Source: a virus. From it: 64,000 bases of DNA. The position numbers and the translations under genes were made by a program. The notes below the pieces were generated by a model, which did not search any database, had not been told where the DNA came from, and worked only from the letters and a program-made list of their open reading frames with translations. Shown here piece by piece: positions 49,369 through 59,745 of the stretch. The stretch covers positions 25,241 to 89,240 of IMG/VR virus record IMGVR_UViG_3300019487_000022; one strand, written 5' to 3'. How positions within the stretch are numbered: position 1 is the first letter of the stretch; each line of letters opens with the position of its first letter.

Positions 49369-49385
49369 CTAAACTCCTTCGTGCG

Positions 49386-49979
49386 TTATATCCCTTGGAT
49401 TTTTTGTACTGTTTTTCCAAAGATACTATCGTCCAAACGCACGCGCAAACTTTGGTCTGTTCGTTTCTTTTTGAGTTTAGAATCCAAAGAACCAGTTTCC
49501 TTACCTGACATGTCTCTGTTTAATTCCTGTGCAGCACTTAATGGGTCTTGCGGGTCCGCAAACCAACCTTGCATTGGTGTGCCTTCTGTTGAAGGATGAT
49601 CTAAATTAGTGTCTTCCGATGGTAAATCGTTTTTATATTGCTCGTCATAATCATTTTCGTGTTCTGAAAAATCTCTAGGGGATAAAGAACCACGAAAACG
49701 TGTACCAAAACCGCCACTCTGACTTTCATCAGCTGGCGCAGTTAATTTATAGCCTTGACCATCATTAGGACGTACTGCTTTTTGTTTTTGTCTGATATAA
49801 GGATCTGGCCTATCTAAATCCCATGCTGTAGGAGTACCAGTTCTGGTGGATACTTTAAAAACATGGTGACGACAAGTGCAACAACCTTTTATAGCTAATG
49901 CGTAATCAGATTGGCACCCGCATTTTGTGCAAGTGAAGATAGCGGATTTTTCAAATTTACTAAAATTGAATGAATCCAT
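49386..49979 (-). CDS. Zn-ribbon hypothetical protein
   Basis: CTKC...CCTC; starts MDSFNFSKFEKSA. Confidence 0.6.
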   Translation of the reverse strand: MDSFNFSKFEKSAIFTCTKCGCQSDYALAIKGCCTCRHHVFKVSTRTGTPTAWDLDRPDPYIRQKQKAVRPNDGQGYKLTAPADESQSGGFGTRFRGSLSPRDFSEHENDYDEQYKNDLPSEDTNLDHPSTEGTPMQGWFADPQDPLSAAQELNRDMSGKETGSLDSKLKKKRTDQSLRVRLDDSIFGKTVQKIQGI

Positions 49980-49986
49980 GTTTGCA

Positions 49987-51063
49987 TTAGAACTCTACAT
50001 CTTGATCGTCTACACCTAAGTCAATAGGATTTTCGTATCCTTCATTTGGATCTAGAGAATTTTGTGTTTCCAAATCAGGAACATAATCAAACCCATCTAA
50101 ACTAGGATCTCTTTCCGCAAAAGTGTGAGCATCTTGTTCATTTGGGAAAGTTGCAACAAATTGACTTTGTGTTTCGCCAGGTTCTATTTTAAATAAATTA
50201 AAACCTTGTTCATTAGGAACTATAGAATATTTTCCTGGGGAAACATCAAAATCATCGGGATTTGCCATACCATCCTCTAATTGACCACCTTCATTCATAT
50301 AATCATTAACTTCATTAGCATTAAAATCTGCCAAGTCATCCATGCCGCTTCCGTCACCGGGCCAACCAGTTTCGGCAAAATCATCATCCCATTGTGCAGA
50401 CTTTATCCAACCTTCAGCTGCTGCTATTAATCGAGCTTTACCACTATTAATATCATTAACTTGTTGTTCTTCTTTTGCAGTTAATTTTCTATTTTCAAGA
50501 GACGCTTTAGCAAAAATCTGGAACATCATGGAATCTGCTTTTTTCAATGACGTAAGCATTAAATCATCAAATTTGTCTGTGGAACTGGCAATATCTTTAG
50601 TTAGACCATCAAAACGGTCTGGATGATTTGGTAATTGACTCTTTTGAGTGTTTGCTGGAATATATGTCATTTCTCCTATCATCTGAGAACCAACATATTT
50701 ATCCCAAAATTCTGTGTCCCTGTCTTTTGTTCTTGCTGCAACAAAAGCTTTGGTCTTTTCCTTATCGTAAGACTCACTTAACAAAGCCATAGGGGTGATG
50801 CTCTTATTTGATAAATTTTCATTTCTCTTATCATTATATAACTTAGGATTATCCATTTGCTTTTCAGTTGTTGCCGATTGTGAACCTGAACGAGCTTTAG
50901 ATAATCTCTCATTAAAAGGTACGGACGCATCTTCTTCTTTATGGGAATTCGCAGCAAGCTGACGCTCTGTGTAACCTTCAAACGGTTCTTTTTGATTGAA
51001 ATCTTCTCTATGCTCAGAAAGCTGCTTTGAATATGGTAGTGTTGGATCAGACTTTTTAGCCAT
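49987..51063 (-). CDS. Hypothetical head-module protein
   Basis: 358 aa with TAAGGA RBS; IKSAQ motif precedes an acidic tail. Confidence 0.65.
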   Translation of the reverse strand: MAKKSDPTLPYSKQLSEHREDFNQKEPFEGYTERQLAANSHKEEDASVPFNERLSKARSGSQSATTEKQMDNPKLYNDKRNENLSNKSITPMALLSESYDKEKTKAFVAARTKDRDTEFWDKYVGSQMIGEMTYIPANTQKSQLPNHPDRFDGLTKDIASSTDKFDDLMLTSLKKADSMMFQIFAKASLENRKLTAKEEQQVNDINSGKARLIAAAEGWIKSAQWDDDFAETGWPGDGSGMDDLADFNANEVNDYMNEGGQLEDGMANPDDFDVSPGKYSIVPNEQGFNLFKIEPGETQSQFVATFPNEQDAHTFAERDPSLDGFDYVPDLETQNSLDPNEGYENPIDLGVDDQDVEF

Positions 51064-51116
51064 TATGTTTCCTTAATAATATATTTATCCTAAACTATTG
51101 ACAATTTCTTAAATTA

Positions 51117-53093
51117 TTACAACCTTCCTTGTCTGGTTCCTCCATATTTCAGACTTTGTAACTTCGCTAATTGCTGTCTGTTATAAGGTTGTCCACTTGC
51201 AGAACGATACGGAGTTTGACCAGAACCAGGCAATAAATGCAAAACAGTAGATTTGCTCTTTGGTAATCTTGTTATATTTGCATCTATTGCCAAATAACAT
51301 GCCCCCGCTAATGCATCTACTATATCATCTGTTTTACAACCATCTCCGTCTTTTCGAGCGTAAACTTTAAACCCTTGTCCGTCATATTTACGTTGTAAAT
51401 TTAGCATCTCTAATCTCAATAGATCATGTAGAGGAATTTTTATTTTTCCGCTTTTAATAAGTTCTTCTAATTCTCCATAAATATCCATTTTATATCGTCT
51501 TAAATATTTTCTATGTTCAGCGGGGAGTCCTGCTTTTCGAAGTTTTTGTATACTAGCTACGCTATTCCATGAGTCATAAGCTATAAGCCCTAAATGAAAA
51601 TATTTCTTTAAATTACATACATATTCGTCTACTTCGGAAACCTGAATAGTTTTCTCGTGTGTAGGACTCCAATATGCTATGTGATCTACTATTATAACAA
51701 AATCTGCTTTTTGAGTTTTAGGGTCTATGAAAACTTCTTTGTGAACAACTACCAAAGCATAATTGTGAGAATTTGTGGCAGGGTCCAATTGAGCAAAATG
51801 CACTCTTCCCGGTAATCCTATACTCTTATTTTTAAGATTATTTTTAAAGCAAGCGTTCACCTGTTCTTCCAAAAACATGCTTTCGCCAGCCATGCCACTA
51901 AATTCTGCGCCGAATTCACACATAAATTCAGTGGCACTCATTTTTCTAAATTCTCTTCTTAATGCATCTTGTTTTTGACGTGGATTAACATGCCATGTCG
52001 GTAAACGACATCCAAGGGTTCTGTTGTCGTCCCAATGGTTTTTCCAAAGATCCCAAAGTTTCCCCTCTTTACCTCTTGGAGAAGATATTGATATTACTTT
52101 ACCATCGTATACATAATTTAATTTTTGCTCGCCAGTTTCTGGGTCAATTACTGGTTTACCCTTTTCATCAAAAACCAATTCTTCATGAACATAGCTTGCT
52201 GTTGCAGGTTGTAATAAAGAATATATTTTATCACCAGAACCAGCACCCATAGTTCCGACTTTATAAGATGCCACTTCGTCTAGAATTAAAACAATACAAG
52301 ATTTACCAACTAGTGTATCGGGATTCGAGTGACCTACTTCGATTTTGATACTTCCCATATCTGCTGGTTGACCACGAGCTACCAACTCTTTATTATTTTC
52401 TATATCTTTTTTAGTAAGCAGATAAATACAATCGGATTGAATACCGCCTGGTAATATCTTGTCTTCAAAATATTTACTAAAACGCAATTTTTCTCTAATT
52501 TCCGAGAATGCGATACCAGCTTGTGGATTGGATGCGGCTATAGTTAAGATAGTTATATCAGCACCTGGAGCTAATCCATAATAAGCATATGGATCACCGC
52601 CGGGTATCTCTAACAGTTTCATTGCTTCATAAAGTGCAATTAAAGAAACGAGATAATCTTTTCCTGATCGTCTTCCCCAAACTAAAATTAAATCTCTAAA
52701 TAAATCCCCGCTTTTATATTTACCAAGTACATCACCATATTCGCAATTGTCTTCTTTCGTTTCTCTGTATAAACCTAATTTTTTGCATATTTCTATTTCT
52801 TCATCTGTTAATGTTAAATGTTCGTTTCCTCTTGAGCCTCTATAAAATGCTTTAAGAATAAGTTTTTGCACTGGAAAAGGTGGAAAGCCTCTGCTTTGAC
52901 CATGTTTTTTATTTTTATTACCCAGTCCTAAATATTGATCGTCTTCTATAAATGTTATTATGTCTGGAATATTTGATATTTCGGCAGTGGGTGTTTTTCC
53001 CACCAAATCAACCTGCATCTTGTCTATATATTCTTCAAATGATGAAAGTGGATTTTTATTAGCGGTTTTTTTATCAGTTTTAGCTTTTGCCAT
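51117..53093 (-). CDS. terL: Terminase large subunit
   Basis: Walker A LVWGRRSGKD, Walker B LILDEVA, coupling ISSPRG; RNase H-like nuclease LDPA...DDIVDALAG. Confidence 0.92.
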   Translation of the reverse strand: MAKAKTDKKTANKNPLSSFEEYIDKMQVDLVGKTPTAEISNIPDIITFIEDDQYLGLGNKNKKHGQSRGFPPFPVQKLILKAFYRGSRGNEHLTLTDEEIEICKKLGLYRETKEDNCEYGDVLGKYKSGDLFRDLILVWGRRSGKDYLVSLIALYEAMKLLEIPGGDPYAYYGLAPGADITILTIAASNPQAGIAFSEIREKLRFSKYFEDKILPGGIQSDCIYLLTKKDIENNKELVARGQPADMGSIKIEVGHSNPDTLVGKSCIVLILDEVASYKVGTMGAGSGDKIYSLLQPATASYVHEELVFDEKGKPVIDPETGEQKLNYVYDGKVISISSPRGKEGKLWDLWKNHWDDNRTLGCRLPTWHVNPRQKQDALRREFRKMSATEFMCEFGAEFSGMAGESMFLEEQVNACFKNNLKNKSIGLPGRVHFAQLDPATNSHNYALVVVHKEVFIDPKTQKADFVIIVDHIAYWSPTHEKTIQVSEVDEYVCNLKKYFHLGLIAYDSWNSVASIQKLRKAGLPAEHRKYLRRYKMDIYGELEELIKSGKIKIPLHDLLRLEMLNLQRKYDGQGFKVYARKDGDGCKTDDIVDALAGACYLAIDANITRLPKSKSTVLHLLPGSGQTPYRSASGQPYNRQQLAKLQSLKYGGTRQGRL

Positions 53094-53102
53094 ACGTATT
53101 TA

Positions 53103-53480
53103 TTAATCCTCTACGTTATCTACAGAAATCGGATAACCACAAGCTTCTGATAGTGCAGCAAAATCTTCTGAAACACGAATATTTGAAGCCTCTAAAAAAG
53201 TATCTACTGTTCCGTAACGATGCTCAATATGCTTCTGTAGATTTTGAACCATTTTGGACATTTGTTCATTTATCAGCACATGATCTTGCACTATTACTTG
53301 ATAAGTGTCTTCTATTACACCCATCAGAAGAATCTTGGCAGAATCTGAATCGGAGAGATTATTTGTATCAAGATGAATTATCATTTCTTGAATAGAATTT
53401 AGTATATTTCTTCCCTGGGATTGAGCATTACCCAGATTGTTAGAAATGAATTTGTAATCGTTTGAACTTATCATGTACAA
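53103..53480 (-). CDS. Hypothetical protein
   Basis: 125-aa ORF directly upstream of terL. Confidence 0.6.
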   Translation of the reverse strand: MYMISSNDYKFISNNLGNAQSQGRNILNSIQEMIIHLDTNNLSDSDSAKILLMGVIEDTYQVIVQDHVLINEQMSKMVQNLQKHIEHRYGTVDTFLEASNIRVSEDFAALSEACGYPISVDNVED

Positions 53481-55258
53481 ATTATGTCGGATGATTCTCT
53501 AAAATCATATATCGTGTTTTGATCTCTTTGCCTGATTCTAAAATAGTATATATCAGATCGTTGTAAATATTCTGATGATTTCGCTATGTATTTTATTCTT
53601 CTTCCAACAAAATTAGATCCAATTCCTTGAATGTCAAAAGGAACAAAATTATCTTTTTCTTTCTCATACATCCAATTAGAGATGTCTTCTATACTTTTCT
53701 TTTCTAATATGATATTGGAAAAATTCTCTGTATCAGCGATGTACAATTCAAAATGATAAAAAGCAAAATCTGTTGATTCATCTTTTAAAATAAATTCAAA
53801 TTCCCAATACCCTTCGGGCAATAAGTTAGCTTCGATTAGTTTATTATCATCTCTTTGAGCATCAAAAACTAGCTCGCTCATTTTTATTTCATTAGCTAAT
53901 AAATATTGCGATACTGATTGATTAACTTGAGTCGGATTATTAGATATTCTCTCTTCTATATGATTTAATAAAGTATTAACTACGTCATCAAACTGCCCTT
54001 GTCTTCGGCTATCATCATTATGATCTACTATATTTTGTGATAATCTTAATAAATCTACTTCTTCTGAAACATCTGTACTTAAAACTACTTTGTCTCTTAC
54101 CTCTTCTAACAAATCTGTCTTGCGTAAAGAATAAGCCATAGCCTTAGATACATCTACAAACATTTTTCTCCAACTCTCTTCTTCAGTTAAAATATCTTCT
54201 TCTTCAATTTGTAACTCTGCAGGAAAAGAAACTTTCATTAACGGATCACCAATAAGTGTTAAAGTCCAATTCCAATAGGGTAAAGAAAAAGTATATGCTT
54301 CGCCTAAAGTTCCTCCCCTTAAAAGAGTTGTAAAGAAAGGAGATGGTTGTAATAAACCATCGTACCCTGGTGAAGACATAGAACCTGCAGTCGCTGCGTA
54401 ACCATTACGAATATATAATCCACACCATCGTCTATCACTTACTGAACGCAATGTGTAAGCACCATCATTATCTCCGTTATAAGCAAAAAATCTAAAAGCA
54501 TTTGTTGGTTTAAAAAATGATGATGAACCCCGATCTGTAAACCAAGACCAAATAAATGAATCTTCTTTGACAGAAGGGATAATCGTATCAATATAAGGAT
54601 CTAAAAATGTTGTAGACCATGTATTTAAATTAAGAAGAGGGAGTATCTTAGATTGAAATTCTAATAAGAAATTTTGGTATTCTAATGATCCCCTGCCTTG
54701 CCTGTCTGAATAAGCATCTAAATAAAAAGTCCCATTAACAAACAATTGCTTCTTTATAGTATCTGATAAATTGACTAAATTTAACCCATTATCTAAATTT
54801 ATTCCATCTATTCGTGAAACTATAAGAGCAGATACCTTATCATCTTCGTCGAATAACTTGAAATCTTTACGATCAAATAACTTATTTCTCGTTTTCTTAT
54901 CAAAATTATGATGTATTCTAGCTATTCTTGATGTTGAAGATATGATATTATCTTCGTGAATAAATCCTGCAGGTATATTAAACCCAAGAACCACACACCA
55001 TACAGAAAGACCGTAATTCTCTAAGTCTATAATAGCATTGAGGATAGGATTTAGTACTTGGGTATTGAATGCATCTTCATCAGATAATATCTCTGTGGAG
55101 CTACATGAAATGGGTATTTTTTGCCCTGTAGGGACATTAACAGAAACATTTGTGGAATCATCAAGATCATGAAGGGCTACGTAAGCATCAGCAATAGCTT
55201 CGCTTGCATTATCTCCAGACCTATAAACTATTATTGTGTTTGCAGGGGAAACTGACAT
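53471..55258 (-). CDS. TIGR03790-family-like protein
   Basis: NTIIVY...ASEAIADAY, VSRIDG, AATAGSMSSP, TLGEAY and IGDPL follow the family pattern as I recall it. Confidence 0.65.
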   Translation of the reverse strand: MSVSPANTIIVYRSGDNASEAIADAYVALHDLDDSTNVSVNVPTGQKIPISCSSTEILSDEDAFNTQVLNPILNAIIDLENYGLSVWCVVLGFNIPAGFIHEDNIISSTSRIARIHHNFDKKTRNKLFDRKDFKLFDEDDKVSALIVSRIDGINLDNGLNLVNLSDTIKKQLFVNGTFYLDAYSDRQGRGSLEYQNFLLEFQSKILPLLNLNTWSTTFLDPYIDTIIPSVKEDSFIWSWFTDRGSSSFFKPTNAFRFFAYNGDNDGAYTLRSVSDRRWCGLYIRNGYAATAGSMSSPGYDGLLQPSPFFTTLLRGGTLGEAYTFSLPYWNWTLTLIGDPLMKVSFPAELQIEEEDILTEEESWRKMFVDVSKAMAYSLRKTDLLEEVRDKVVLSTDVSEEVDLLRLSQNIVDHNDDSRRQGQFDDVVNTLLNHIEERISNNPTQVNQSVSQYLLANEIKMSELVFDAQRDDNKLIEANLLPEGYWEFEFILKDESTDFAFYHFELYIADTENFSNIILEKKSIEDISNWMYEKEKDNFVPFDIQGIGSNFVGRRIKYIAKSSEYLQRSDIYYFRIRQRDQNTIYDFRESSDIICT

Positions 55259-55310
55259 AACTTATTAGCAATCGTAATATTACACATAGTACGATTACTA
55301 ATAAGTTATG
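55256..55310 (-). promoter_or_regulatory. 21-bp mRNA stem that includes the start codon of the TIGR03790-like gene
   Basis: Arms 55256-76 and 55290-310 are complementary at 20/21 positions; the exception is a U.G pair on the minus strand. Confidence 0.65.
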
Positions 55311-55319
55311 CTATTCCCT

Positions 55320-55820
55320 TTACTTTCCAGTAGATCCAAACCCGCCTGTTGCTCTTTCCGTTGAACTTAGTTCAGCAACTTCTTCAATATAAGGAGTGAT
55401 TGTTTTTCTTATAACAAGTTGCGCTATCTTATCACCTTGTTTATAAAAAATAGAATAAGGGTTATTAATAGTTACGAGTTCTGTGCTTTTTCCTGTGTCG
55501 ATTTTATATGAACGTGGAATATATTTAAATCGGACTAACAATTCTCCACGATATCCATTATCAACTAATCCAATACTATTAGCCAGTATTAAGTCCGTTT
55601 TTGTAATACTGCTACGTGGGAATATTTCACTGTGATATCCTGGAGGTAATTCTATTGCCAGTCCAGTTTTATATTCAATGTAGGTTCTTTCATAATTCCA
55701 AGTACCATTGTCAATTGCTATTAAATCTAATCCGGCATCACCTGAATGAGCTTGTGATGGAATAATAGCTTGTGGAGTTAATTTTTGTATTTTTAGCGTT
55801 AATGGTTGATCGTTTTGCAT
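55320..55820 (-). CDS. dut: dUTPase (trimeric)
   Basis: GDAGLDL, RSS, NSIGLVDNGYRGE, GDKIAQL and ERATGGFGSTG. Confidence 0.95.
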   Translation of the reverse strand: MQNDQPLTLKIQKLTPQAIIPSQAHSGDAGLDLIAIDNGTWNYERTYIEYKTGLAIELPPGYHSEIFPRSSITKTDLILANSIGLVDNGYRGELLVRFKYIPRSYKIDTGKSTELVTINNPYSIFYKQGDKIAQLVIRKTITPYIEEVAELSSTERATGGFGSTGK

Positions 55821-55867
55821 AGTGGTAATAAAAGGTATTTTAATTAATCCTTATAAAGAAATATGTT

Positions 55868-56104
55868 ATGAATTGGTTTAAACGTAATATAAAATCTCAA
55901 ATATTTGAAAATCCAATTTATCTCAGTGAGCTTGAAAAAGAATACAACGAGACAAAAGGTATTTATTCACGTTTATCCAGACAATATAAATATACTAAAG
56001 ATTCTTCACTTTTCTACTATCTCAATGATTTAAAACGCAAATTAAATCAATTGCAATTAAGTTTAACCATGCTTAATAAACCAACAGAAAAACAATTAGA
56101 TTAA
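55868..56104 (+). CDS. Small hypothetical protein (MNWFKR.. leader)
   Basis: 78-aa ATG ORF with the recurrent N-terminal motif. Confidence 0.55.
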   Translation: MNWFKRNIKSQIFENPIYLSELEKEYNETKGIYSRLSRQYKYTKDSSLFYYLNDLKRKLNQLQLSLTMLNKPTEKQLD

Positions 56105-58797
56105 GAGCATTTCGTCCATTGACAAATAGAGCATTTTACGCATCCTTCTTGTCTTACTAAATTTCCACCACATTCAGCACAAGATTCTCCAGCTACTTTA
56201 GATCCGTCTGGAATATACTTCTTTAATGCTCTGCTCATTGCCTTAGCAAAGCCTTGCATATCACCACGTACTTTTTCAAGTTGGTGAGTTACAAAATTTA
56301 TATCTGTCCCATGACGCAGCGCAGTGGATGCTAATCGGGTAACAGCTTCTTCTTCGTCTGAGATATATTCTGCGATGTTTTTTACTTCACTGCCATCATC
56401 TAATTTAGCTAAATAATGACCACGAGATTGTTTTGTAATTTCACCTGTTTTTACTCCACGCTCTATAAATCCATTTGCTCCAGCAAAAACCTCATAAGGT
56501 TCCCCTTTGTATTTGCCTACCATTACGAAATAATCTGTTCCTTTAACCTTTATATGATGGACATCACAAGGTAAACTTGATGGACGACGTACAGGTTGAG
56601 TTTTTGCTATAACATCTTTCTTTTCTTGTTCACGTACTAACACTCCAGACCTGCAACCGTCTCTGTAAACAGTGATACCTTTACATCCTGCTTTCCAAGC
56701 AGTTTCATAAATTTCTTTAACTTTCTCAACTGTAACGTCATTTGGAAGATTTACAGTGCTGGAAATAGAATGGTCCACATGTTTTTGGGCTGCTGCCTGT
56801 AAACGAACACGCAATGTCCAGTCAAGATCGTTAGCACAATTTTCAAACCAAGGAGATTTTTTATAATCTGTTTCTCCTGTAACTTGCATCCAATCTTTTA
56901 ATGCACTACATCTAACTTCAAAGTGCATCCAATGATCTCCATTACCATCAACGGAATCAGACCTGAAATTCTGATCTCCTGGGTTGCCTTTCTTCTTTCG
57001 TGTATATGGCGTAATGTCAAACTCTGGTTCTATACCGGAAGAAGTGCCATAAAACGAGAGTAATTTAGCTAAATTGGACATTGTACCAACAGGAGCAGTA
57101 GTTAATAATGCTATATTTCTGCGACCATATTTCTTCATTTCAGACCAAAGTTCATGTCCGTTAATAATCGTTATTGTTTGTCCCTTTTCATCTTCTAAAG
57201 AAGTATGTTTACCATATACATCATTGAGTACCAAGGCTTCATTTTTAATACGTAATAAATATGGGTTATCTTTTTCCAATTCATGATCCCATACTGGGAA
57301 AGCACCTAATTCTTTTGCCATATCAATAGAAGATTGATAACAAGCGAATTTAAGGGTTTGATAAATTCTGTCAGTCATGTTTATACCATCTTTTGTTCCA
57401 TAACCGACATTGCATGCTGCGATAGTATCTCCCAGGGCTGTTATTCCTGTACCTGTTCTTCTCCCGCTGCGACAAGCTTCAAGAACATTATTCCAAAGAT
57501 TCAATTCTCGGAATTTAACATCATCTGGTTCAGGATCTGATTTTACTTTTTGAATAATTTTGAGAATACATTCTTCTTCAAGATCAACCAAATCATCCAT
57601 TAAACGTTGAGCGATTTGGGCTGTCTCATAAAATTCTTTATAATCAAAATAAGCATCTTTTGTGTAGGGATTTTTAACAAAGCCGAATAGATTTAAAACG
57701 AGCAACCTACACGAGTCATAAGCGCTGAGAGGAATTTCTCCGCAAGGATTAGTTGATAAGGTTTGGAAGCCAAAATCTTTGTAGCAATCAGCTACGGATT
57801 CTTTAATAATATTATCCCAAAATAGTACGCCAGGTTCTGCGGTTTGCCATGCACTATAAATAATCTTATCCCACACTTTGCGAGCGTCTACCATTTTACT
57901 AATAGATGGTGGGGAATTTGGATTCTTTTCTATTGGCCAACGTTGTTCATATTTTTCTCCTGTAACAACAGCATTTAAAAACTCATCTGTTAAACGAAGA
58001 GATATATTTGCACCTGTAACTTTTGTTCTATCATATTTAACAGTTGCAAAATCTGGTTTCTTGGGATTATAATTAACAGAAGAAATGTCAAAATTTCCAA
58101 TATCTTTGTCTCTAATTTGAGTTACAAATACTTCACCGTCAGTTTCAGGATCCCATAAAATAACAGATTCTGGATGATGAATAGATTGAGTCATCATTTC
58201 AGCACCACGGCGTCCATTTTGTCCAACTTCACGAATAGAATTAGAATAACGTGACATAAAAGGAATAGTGCCTGTAGATGTACGGGCAGCATTTCTAGTG
58301 GGTGCGTTGGCAGGGCGTAAGTTAGCAATATCTGTACCTACCCCTCCACGACGTTTGCTTATTTGAACCAGCTCTTCATCGGTTTTACAAATACCAGCAT
58401 AACTATCCAACGGGGAAGGCAATACAAAGCAATTACTTAAACTAACTACTTGGTAAGGATTTCCAATGCCGCTCATAGGAGAGCCTTGTGGGATAATTTT
58501 ACTAAAATGATCTAAATATGAAAAGATTTGCTTTGCTGTAAGCGGCTTTTTAAATTTCTTCGCTTCAATTCTTGCGAATTCATTTGCAATACGCCAGTGG
58601 CTGTCTTCTGGAGTCTTCTCTACAATTTCATCCTTTTCATTTCTTAAAGCATATTTATCTAAAAATATGCGAGCAGCCATTTCATTATCATTAAAATATT
58701 TAATGGATGCTTCTAAGGCTTCGTTATAGGTGTAAGTTGTTTTTTCGTTTTTTTTATTATCTTTAGATATGTTCTTATCATTACCATCAACTGTCAT
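56101..58797 (-). CDS. nrdJ: Class II (B12-dependent) ribonucleotide reductase
   Basis: SLSNCFV, TNPCGEIPL, SCRLL, RRTGTGITALGD, TTAPVGT, SISSTVN and KGITVYRDG; C-terminal Zn ribbon; no small subunit adjacent. Confidence 0.9.
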   Translation of the reverse strand: MTVDGNDKNISKDNKKNEKTTYTYNEALEASIKYFNDNEMAARIFLDKYALRNEKDEIVEKTPEDSHWRIANEFARIEAKKFKKPLTAKQIFSYLDHFSKIIPQGSPMSGIGNPYQVVSLSNCFVLPSPLDSYAGICKTDEELVQISKRRGGVGTDIANLRPANAPTRNAARTSTGTIPFMSRYSNSIREVGQNGRRGAEMMTQSIHHPESVILWDPETDGEVFVTQIRDKDIGNFDISSVNYNPKKPDFATVKYDRTKVTGANISLRLTDEFLNAVVTGEKYEQRWPIEKNPNSPPSISKMVDARKVWDKIIYSAWQTAEPGVLFWDNIIKESVADCYKDFGFQTLSTNPCGEIPLSAYDSCRLLVLNLFGFVKNPYTKDAYFDYKEFYETAQIAQRLMDDLVDLEEECILKIIQKVKSDPEPDDVKFRELNLWNNVLEACRSGRRTGTGITALGDTIAACNVGYGTKDGINMTDRIYQTLKFACYQSSIDMAKELGAFPVWDHELEKDNPYLLRIKNEALVLNDVYGKHTSLEDEKGQTITIINGHELWSEMKKYGRRNIALLTTAPVGTMSNLAKLLSFYGTSSGIEPEFDITPYTRKKKGNPGDQNFRSDSVDGNGDHWMHFEVRCSALKDWMQVTGETDYKKSPWFENCANDLDWTLRVRLQAAAQKHVDHSISSTVNLPNDVTVEKVKEIYETAWKAGCKGITVYRDGCRSGVLVREQEKKDVIAKTQPVRRPSSLPCDVHHIKVKGTDYFVMVGKYKGEPYEVFAGANGFIERGVKTGEITKQSRGHYLAKLDDGSEVKNIAEYISDEEEAVTRLASTALRHGTDINFVTHQLEKVRGDMQGFAKAMSRALKKYIPDGSKVAGESCAECGGNLVRQEGCVKCSICQWTKCS

Positions 58798-58992
58798 TTT
58801 TTCTCCGCTATCTTATCTCTAATTTACAAAGTATATCCATCATGTTTGGCAAAGTTCTCTTTTCCTTTCCTTCTAATGAGTGAGGAATTTTTTTGCCAAT
58901 TGCTGCAAGTCTGCTTTCGTATGATAGTTGCAGCAAAAAATATATCGAGAAAATTTATGATATGAATTTTAACTTCACAATTCAATATGAAG

Positions 58993-59685
58993 TTATTCAG
59001 TTTCTACATGCAGGCGGGCTAAGAAACTATCTCGATTATGAGGGCGATCAAAAGGAATTTCTTTTACCACATCATTCAAATCACGGCGTTCTTCAAAAAC
59101 ATTGTTATTTGAGCAATTAATTATTTTTCTACCACTTGGGCATTTTTTCATCCATGTTAAACCTTTTTTACAATTAACCAATGTATGAGGCTTATGAGAG
59201 GGGTTTTTACCATAAAAATTAGTTTTACCATTATAATAACAACAATCCATACCTAATAGTATAATAGGATTACATCCTAATATATAGGCAAGTTGAAATG
59301 CTACCGGACCTGTCGCTCCCCTGCCAAATAATATAGATGGAGTTTCTGGTAACTCAAAATTACCAGTTGTTAATTTAAAATGATAAAATCTACCTTTTGG
59401 ATCTGAAATATCTCTACAAAATTTAACTGCTTTTAGTCTAGATATTTCTGTACGATGATTCCACCATAACTCGGAATCTTGCCACATTAATATTGTGGGA
59501 TCAATCTTTAGAAATGCTCTATTAATGCCTATTGTAAAATGATTTTTTAGACAACTTAAATCTAGGTTATCTAAAGAAGGTCCATTACCAATAAGAAACG
59601 CTGGCACCCCTGTTAAACAGTTGTGCCAGCGTTTGATATCACCACGTTGTCCTACTTTATAACTCCGAATCCTTTTTCTGATCAT
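58993..59685 (-). CDS. MptE/DUF115 (MAF_flag10)-like protein
   Basis: AFLIGNGPSL...TIGINR...AFQLAYILGCNPIILLGMD. Confidence 0.7.
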   Translation of the reverse strand: MIRKRIRSYKVGQRGDIKRWHNCLTGVPAFLIGNGPSLDNLDLSCLKNHFTIGINRAFLKIDPTILMWQDSELWWNHRTEISRLKAVKFCRDISDPKGRFYHFKLTTGNFELPETPSILFGRGATGPVAFQLAYILGCNPIILLGMDCCYYNGKTNFYGKNPSHKPHTLVNCKKGLTWMKKCPSGRKIINCSNNNVFEERRDLNDVVKEIPFDRPHNRDSFLARLHVETE

Positions 59686-59745
59686 ACATATGTTCTCATT
59701 GTACTTGGGTATTCAGAATTCTTAATTCTAAAATCCCAAATAGTA

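Noticed and set aside
29051-58072. Many short ORFs overlapping the long minus-strand genes, mostly on the + strand (e.g. 29898-30290, 36488-36724)
   Set aside because: These are antisense or off-frame shadows of longer genes or low-complexity tracts, with no RBS or motifs.
51117-58797. Inteins or introns in terL and nrdJ
   Set aside because: Lengths are normal and no C...HN-C/S/T or LAGLIDADG signatures were seen; only short insertions are present.
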